Assembly (NCBI GenBank): GCA_951406725.2
Contig: OX597819.1
Span: 128,774,001-128,838,000 of the forward strand
DNA: 64,000 bases
Direction of reading: 5' to 3'
DNA from: Octopus vulgaris
Lineage: Eukaryota
Shown here: one piece after another, positions 56,170-64,000 of the stretch
Position numbering within the stretch: position 1 is the first letter of the stretch
Layout: each line of letters begins with the position of its first letter
Translations under genes and position numbers: made by a program
The notes under the pieces: generated by a model
Database searches by the model: none
Told to the model about the DNA's origin: nothing
What the model saw: the letters and a program-made list of their open reading frames with translations, nothing else

Positions 56170-56552
56170 GGAGGTGTAATGGCCCAGTGGTTAGAGCAGC
56201 GGACTCGCAGTCATAGGATCGCGGTTTCGATTCCCAGACCGGGCGTTGTGAGTGTTTATTGAGCGAAAACACCTAAAAGCTCCACGAGGCTCCGGCAGGG
56301 GATGGTGGTGATCCCTGCTGTACTCTTTCACCACAACTTTCTCTCACTCTTACTTCCTGTTTCTGTTGTACCTGTATTTCAAAGGGCCGGCCTTGTCACT
56401 CTCTGTGTCACGCTGAATATCCCCGAGAACTACATTAAGGGTGCACGTGTCTGTGGAGTGCTCAGCCACTTACACGTTAATTTCACGAGCAGGCTGTTCC
56501 GTTGATTCGGATCAACCGGAACCCTCATCGTCGTAACCGACGGAGTGCTTCC
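56170..56552 (+). mobile_element. SINE family A
   Basis: Full length; TSD atatacatcagtgt. Confidence 0.9.
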
Positions 56553-57339
56553 ATCCATATATACATCAGTGTTTAAATAAACTGTCAACTGATTTCACAT
56601 TTTCCAATGTGTTGCTAGAAATGGCAGCTAAACACCTTTGAATCTCACCTACCATTTTGAAAAGAAGACAAAAGAAAAAGATACATTTGACAATGTAGTT
56701 CTAGATATGAAAAGATCACTGCAATGCCTTTTTACACAGCTGACCTGGGATTAAATAACAACCACCAATACCATCATCGTGATCCAACGAAAAAGCCTCT
56801 TTCTGGTCGCTCTGTCTGTTAGAAATAGCAGCAAAATCTCCGTCACATAAATCTTTATGTACTGAAAAAGAAAAGGAAGGACACTTTGGAGAATGTAATT
56901 ATAATTATTCAAAGACGAGATGGCCGCATCTAAGAATGATTTATGCGTGATTTGGCTGTTATTTCTAGCGACCATATAAAGGACCACTCATTGATTGTTT
57001 CTCTAGTTAAAACAGTTGACGCATTTCGCCCATTTCTTTGAATGTGGTAGAAGGGAAATCGAAGAAACGGTTTCCTGTAATACAATAATGCTTTTATCTT
57101 TTATGGTGTTGTGTGATCATCTCTTTTGAGTAAAACTGCATCGAAATGTCACACAAAAATCTAGGGATGAGTTTGAGAACCGCTGAGTTACACCCTCACA
57201 TAAAGCAGAAATCCTGAGTTATCTACATTTTCTTCTGTTTAGCTTCTGGGAATTGCAGATAAATCACTATTCTAAGGAGTCTACCGATATTTACAGAATG
57301 TAGGGCAGTGAAGCTAACGAAAACGATAGCGATGCAGTT

Positions 57340-58645
57340 TTATATATTTGGTTTCTGTCCTTCATTGATAGATAAGGGCTATGTCAACATCGGCACTATT
57401 AGCTCTCTTTGGGCATTTGCCATTGAGAGGTTTTTCTTGCCATTTATCAGTAAGAATATGTAAGGCAGCAGTTTTAGCACGGGTTTTCATACGCTTAGCT
57501 TTTTCTGCGCTTGCTTCTAGTATGTTTAATTCTGGAATTTGTTGTATTTGGAATTCACTTAAATATTCCTTTGCCTGTTTTGTTACTGAGTATGATGCTT
57601 TCTTGTTTTCGTACTTTAAGACAAGTTTTAACATCCACTCATCAGAGTTTTCCAGGTAGGTGTCTAGGCCAATTGTAGCAATCTTCATTGTTAATACCAC
57701 TTGTAAAAGTCCATGGCCTCCTTCTTTTCTGGGCAGATAAAGTCGTTCTATATCTACCTTGGTGTATTCTATGCATTGTCAACAATTTTCGTATTTTTCT
57801 GTCAAGATTACATGTTTCAGTAATTGACCAGTTAATGATATTGAGACTGTAAGTCACGACTGGTATGCCTAAAGTATTGATCGCTTCGATCCTGTTTCTT
57901 GCACTCATCTTTGTCTTGAGTATTGCTCTCACTCTGCGATAACATCTCACCCTGCGATAACATTCTCTTCAGATCCTTTCCCTCGTCACCGAATGTTTGA
58001 TTCCGTCCCCTTCAAATACTCCTCGGGATTTGTAAGCTCTCCACGGGTTCTGATTCCTTTATGCCTTTTTGCTGGTCAAGTATAACATTGGATGTTTCTG
58101 TCATTTTTTCTTTGATAAAGGTAGCTTTTGCACATTTATTGAAGCCACATTGCATCCTGAAGTCCTCACTGAATTGTTTAACAATCGCTAGTATGTCTTA
58201 TAGTTGTTGGTCGTTTTCTGTAAAGAGCTTTAAATCGTCTATATAAATGAGATGATTTATATTTTTATCAAACATTATATAACCGTATTGTACATCATTG
58301 AGAAATTTTGAGAGAGGTATTGAGGGTAGACGAAAGAAGAGTGCTGATCGAGAGTCACCCTCGAAAATGCTGCCTGAAATTCTTACATCTCCAGCATTCA
58401 GAGTTTCATAGTCACTGTTCAAAGTTAGTGTAGTTCTCCATGATCTCACACTTACAGACAAGAAGTTTCGCAGAGTAGGTGCTATTTTATACATTTCTGG
58501 ACATTTCTTAATCCATCTTTGTGATTGACTATCCTAAGTTGTTTTAATACTCTATCTAGACTTTCAACAAGATTTTGCGTCGTTTGTGACAATCTTCCAA
58601 GATCATCTTATTGATGAGTAGCTGATCTTTACAACCATAGGACCC
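57340..58645 (-). mobile_element. Dong/R4-clade non-LTR retrotransposon RT fragment
   Basis: SIFEGDS, INHLIYIDDLKLF, NRIEAINTLGIPVVTYSLNIINW, WQEKPLNGK. Confidence 0.85.
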
Positions 58646-58646
58646 A

Positions 58647-60169
58647 TTTCAAATGACATCGTTTGGTGCATCTAAGGAGATAGTTAAACATGGATTTACA
58701 CCGACGTTGAAAGTTGAAGGGCAAGTCTATCACCTCATTATTTCCCTGTAACCCTTAAATGAACAATCACAGTTCCTCCAAATTTACTTTATGAGTGATG
58801 TAGGTCAACAAACCCGAAGGAGGTTTCAAAACTTCAGACGATGGGTTGTGTTAGACGCAGCGCGGACCGCCACACAGAAGAGTATATCCACTAACAGTTT
58901 TGCGCTGCGTTCAAAAATAACGTACGCCCCACCCCCAATTTTCCATGACGGGTTAGGGCCTGGCATACTCCAAACGGACACATAACATGTCGCTTAGTCG
59001 CATTAGCCTATTATTTATTCCCCAACTGTTTTGTCGCCAATGCTGCACTTTCCCGTATCACCTGTCATTTTAATCCGATTGAAATGAACTTTTTTCTATT
59101 CTGTAATTTGTGTTTGTGTTGCGATAAGCCTATTTAAAAACCTGATCTTCGATATAAACTTAAAAGGAAGTTTTCTCAGAAATCCTGTCCTTTACCTGTT
59201 GTTTTTAGCATGTCCAAGGTGACATTTGCGCCCTCCCTTATTTTTTTCCTAAATTTCTTCCGATTCCTGTGTTTTCGATTCAGGAGATTAGGATTTCGCC
59301 TCCAAAACACGTTCTCAATATTTTAATTTTCTCCCTCCCCACCTCAATTTCTTCATTTTTACTTTTATCCACGGACAAAAAAAAACCCACAGAGATTACG
59401 AATCTTTAAAAATTTTCTTCTTCCTTTTTTCTTCAACAAACACTAAAAACTTCATCCCAAACATCCACCATTCATCTCACCACTTTCAAAAAGCTACAAA
59501 CTCCCAATGTTTCAATTTTAGCTTTTTGAGAAGAGGGGAAGTTTCTTCAGAAATAATGTCGTTTACCTGTTGCTTCTAGCATGTTGGGTTTTCTGGTGGT
59601 GGTCTGGTATTTTTACGTCTGCTATTTCAGTACAGTTTTACGTATGCGTGAAACATCAGACGAAAGTGAAAAATTGGGAGGTTTTAGCTTTTTGAAAGCG
59701 GGTAGGGGATGGCTGGGCTAGGTGGGGCGAGGAGCATCGAGCATTTCTTTAAGAAAAATTAAACTTAAAAGAAACATATATATATTTCCCAGATTGGTAA
59801 TCTCTCTCTGTGTTTTTCTTCGTGGATAAAAAAAATCGAAAAAAGTTACAAATTAAGAAATTGCGGTGAGGATGGGGGGAAATTAAAATTTTGAAAACGT
59901 GATTTCTGGGCAAAATCGTATTAACCCCCTTTTTATACGATGAAACAGTACATAGTTTGAGATCCTTCTTAAGAACAGAAAACACTTTCATGAAAACCCA
60001 TGCAAATTGTACCCTTCCCCTTCACTTTTAAACAAACAATAACTTCCATTACGTCAGTAATCCAGTTCACTATATATTAGCTGTGCGGATTTTGCCCATC
60101 AAAAAGGAACAAATAATACAATGTGGTTGTAGATCATAACACCCAGGCAACGCCGGGATGCGTTGCTAG
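58647..60169 (+). mobile_element. Helitron derivative with Rep N-terminal fragment
   Basis: FQMTSFGA..GFTPTLKVEGQVYH..FLQIYF at 58647-58800; 3' end ccaggcaacgccggg..CTAG|T. Confidence 0.8.
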
Positions 60170-60190
60170 TATATATGTGTGTGTGTGTAA

Positions 60191-60240
<50 letters not shown>

Positions 60241-60263
60241 ATAGTATCGAATGTGTGTATATG

Positions 60264-60303
<40 letters not shown>

Positions 60304-60843
60304 ACACACTTACATACACAGTGTGAGAAAGAGAGGGAGAGTGAGTGTGTGAGATACACGTTCACATTTACATATTACATACATACATACATGCACGCAC
60401 AAACGTGTGGCTGTATGTAGAGTGCATAGTTACAGACAAGTGGTCGTTAGTTCTGCGTATGAAGTATGACACCTGAAGAAGTTTATCGATCATCGTAAAT
60501 CTAACGTAACCTAATCAACGACTTAATAAGAATCCACATCAAAACCGATTTACTAAGCAATGATGCATCCTAGCAGAAACTTCGAGCGGAATATTACCTG
60601 AGATGTATCGAGGTATCATTGACGTCATCGTCTCAACGGACTACAATACCATGGTGATCACCAAGGAACAGCTACTGCCTAATATGATATCAGTGACATC
60701 ACTGATATTGGTACTAGACGACGGCGATAACAATGATGACGGCGACGAGGACGACGATGGCGGTCACGACGACGATGGCGACATATACCAACACCACTTC
60801 TTTCGTTGCCACCCCTCCCTACAAAATACTCTTACCACGTTTT

Positions 60844-60965
<122 letters not shown>

Positions 60966-61021
60966 ACCATCACATCTATCAAACATTTTCCCTCTCACCA
61001 CCACGAGCAGCACAAACACCA

Positions 61022-61310
61022 GGAGGCGCAATGGCCCAGTGGTTAGGGCAGCGGACACGCGGTTGTAGGATCGCGGTTTCGATTCCCTGACCGGGCGTTG
61101 TGTTTATTGAGCAAAAACACCCAAAGCTCAACGAGGCTCCGGCAGGGGATGGTGGTGAACCCTGCTGTACTCTTTCTCTTTCTGTTTCTGCTGTACCTGT
61201 ATTTCAAAGGGCCAGCCTTATCACATTCTGTTTCATGCTGAATCTCCCCGAGAACTCCGTTAAGGGTACACGTGTCTGTGGAGTGCTCAGCCACTTGCAC
61301 GTTAATTTCA
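61022..61310 (+). mobile_element. SINE family A (3'-truncated)
   Basis: Head and body homology. Confidence 0.85.
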
Positions 61311-62024
61311 CTCATATGTCGTCCTCGACGGGAGAGTCCTTCATATGGATATGTTTTCAGGAAATTTTCCATCAATTAGAGCAACTGCGGCAAAGAATTC
61401 TCATCTTGGCTCCTAGTAAACTTAGTTGTTGTGCTTAATTCCAAATCAGACCGAACCAGATCAGACGATGATGAAAGACAGTCTAGTCATGACCATCTCG
61501 TTACTTTGTATATCAACAACTTCATTATCCAATATTTGAGATGGACAAGATTGTTGTAAGATGGTAGGGTGTTATATGAGGGAGGTTGTCTGTTATTTCC
61601 TGCAGTTCGAACAATTACGTAGAAGCCTTCCTTTTGAATACTAAGACTATCTTTTTTAACATAAGGCATGTCAGCTTCGAATAATTCTTGAATCTTGTGA
61701 TTATCATTCTTTATCAAGCAGAGAGGTTTTAATTACCATTTTGTAATTATGATGCATTCTCTAGAGTCGGAGATAATTTTAATAACATTAAGATGGAAAG
61801 CACTTGGAAAGCAGAAGGCTGGATGGTGAAATAATTTCTGAAAGAGAACAGTAGAAGTTGAACTGAGATACAGGCACAAACAAGACGCTTAAACACCAAT
61901 CTGAATGAAGTTGAATCATCGAAGCTTAATTTCCCGATTGGGTAGAAGAAGATTAAATAAAATTAAGATATCTCTTCCTCAAAATATCTTCCTATGTTCC
62001 AATTTTACCAATTGCAAAAATAAA

Positions 62025-62236
62025 AGCGGCGAGCTGGCAGAATCGTTATCGTGCCGAGCAAAATGCATAGCGGCATTTCGTCCGTCTTTACGTTCTAAGT
62101 TCAAATTCTGCCGAGTTCGACTTTGCCTTTCATCCTTGCAGGGTCGATAAAATGAGTAAAAGTTGTGCACTGGGGTCAATGTAATTGACTAACCCTTCCC
62201 GCAGAATTTGAGGCCTTGTGCCTATAGTAGAAAGGA
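62025..62236 (+). mobile_element. Diverged SINE family B
   Basis: Head and central-domain homology. Confidence 0.75.
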
Positions 62237-63764
62237 ATATTATTGCAGCAATAGATAAATGAATGAATAAATAAATAAATTGAAAAAATAAAAAAATTAC
62301 TCATGAGTAGTACCTAAATGTAATGTGCGTCTGAGGAGTGAGTGCAGAATCTAAAGAAATTCAAGAACAGCTAAGCCATCCTCCTACTAAAACAAAATAA
62401 AAGAGATTATAAATCGAAGTACGAAATTCCTGTTCGCACACAAAGATTTTCAGGAAGCTATATCGGAGAAAATTATTCTTTGATTTTGCCTAGTACCACA
62501 TTAGAACTGATTGAATACAAAACGGTTTCATGATCAGAAAGTCTTTGATTATAGTTGTCTGTGATCAAAGTTATTTCCATCTGTACTTTTTATGCAGATA
62601 GAGCATATCGAGGACGTTTCTAGAACCACTTCTGGCTGCTTTTTTTTTTTTTTTTTTTTTTGAGATGCGCTTCTCATGGATTTTTCATGGAAGAATACAA
62701 AATGGGGTTTTCTGTTGCCTTCGTTCGACTGTTCATTTCAGTAGACACCATCATGTTATCTGTGACTATTTCTAAAAATGGGAGAAGATAAAATAAAAAC
62801 GATTTGATCTCTGTACTTAAATGGTGTTTTATTCTTAGGCCACAAAATAGTGAAAATTAAAGATGATTTTACTAGAATTTGAACGCAAAGCGCAAAAGCT
62901 GAAGTAGATACCGCAAAGTACATTAATAACGCTCCAATAACACTATGAATTCGTCGCCTTGCAACGGGGATAACACTAACCAATATATATTTCGCTTTTT
63001 AAACAGAAGGGTTTAATTTGAGGGAGATTTGACATCTGTTTCTCGACGGTCGAACAGTCGCGTAAAACCCCAAACTCTTATCCTGCATAAAATTCTCAGA
63101 CGTTTTACCGTTCCTAACAATCTATTGCTCTTTGTTATAGAAATATTATCCATTTCCATTAGTTTAAGAAAGTTGCTAACTTAAATATATTCCGTGTTAC
63201 CCAAATTGTGACACCGGATTTAATTACTCTCCCCAACCACCAAAAAAATGTTTTTCTGTTGCTGTTTTGTTGATATAAAATTTAAAATAAATATATACAC
63301 TAAGAAACAAAACAAGGCTATTGTAATTTTTCTTCTTATTGATAACATATATTTTTAAAATTTTCTGTTTTTTACAATGTATTTATTGTTACTACTTTTT
63401 AACTGTTGCAATACAGTTAAGAGAAGGTGGAAACATAACCGGTTCAACAAACTGTACCAAAATGCAATTTTGCAAAACAGTAGCTTTTTTTATGCGGTTG
63501 TTATTGCTGCTGACTTAATCCAGCAGCATTAAATGCTTTTCTGCAAATCGGTTCGAGGCCTAAAGCTTTTAAACATGTTTTAGTGAGAGCATTGACCCGC
63601 GTACGGCTATGGCACTTTTACAGGGTCTTCAAGATTCGGGGATCATTACTATAGGGTTGCTGTGATTTAAAGTCATGCATTAGGGCGTAGAGTTTATTCA
63701 AACCGGAGACCTGGTCTAAATACTCGGAAAAGAGAGAATTCCGCTAAAAGTATCCAGTAGCTAA

Positions 63765-64000
63765 AGGCGGCAAGCTGGTAGAAACGTTAGCACGCTGGGC
63801 GAAATGCGTAGCCGTATTTCGTCTGCCTTTACGTTCTGAGTTCAAATTCCGCCGAGGTCGACTTTGCCTTTCATCCTTTCGGGGTCGATAAATTAAGTAC
63901 TAGTTGCGCACTGGGGTCGATGTAATCGACTTAATTCGTTTGTCTGTCTTTGTTTGTCCCCTCTATGTTTAGCCCCTTGTGGGTAGTAAAGAAATAGGTA
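63765..64000 (+). mobile_element. SINE family B
   Basis: Full-length homology. Confidence 0.9.

Overview
AT-rich, microsatellite-dense eukaryotic non-coding DNA. The SINE repertoire and repeat landscape point to an octopus/coleoid cephalopod genome (inference). No intact host protein-coding gene is evident, and nearly all listed ORFs are translations of microsatellites or TE debris. The window holds at least four SINE families, remnants of Penelope-like (PLE), RTE, Tx1-like and Dong/R4 retroelements, MULE, Tigger/pogo, mariner and hAT DNA transposons, Helitrons, and an intronless frameshifted USP-type deubiquitinase relic. The main discovery is about 12 type I hammerhead ribozyme motifs from 7 sequence-distinct families, folded by eye. 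Most sit in short non-coding elements inside (TA)n tracts, several with long fold-back arms. The catalytic core shows compensatory swaps of the 3:8 tertiary pair (C3:G8, G3:C8, U3:A8) and a recurrent A6U variant. This looks like a diversified system of non-autonomous, PLE-derived, ribozyme-bearing, TA-associated retroelements.
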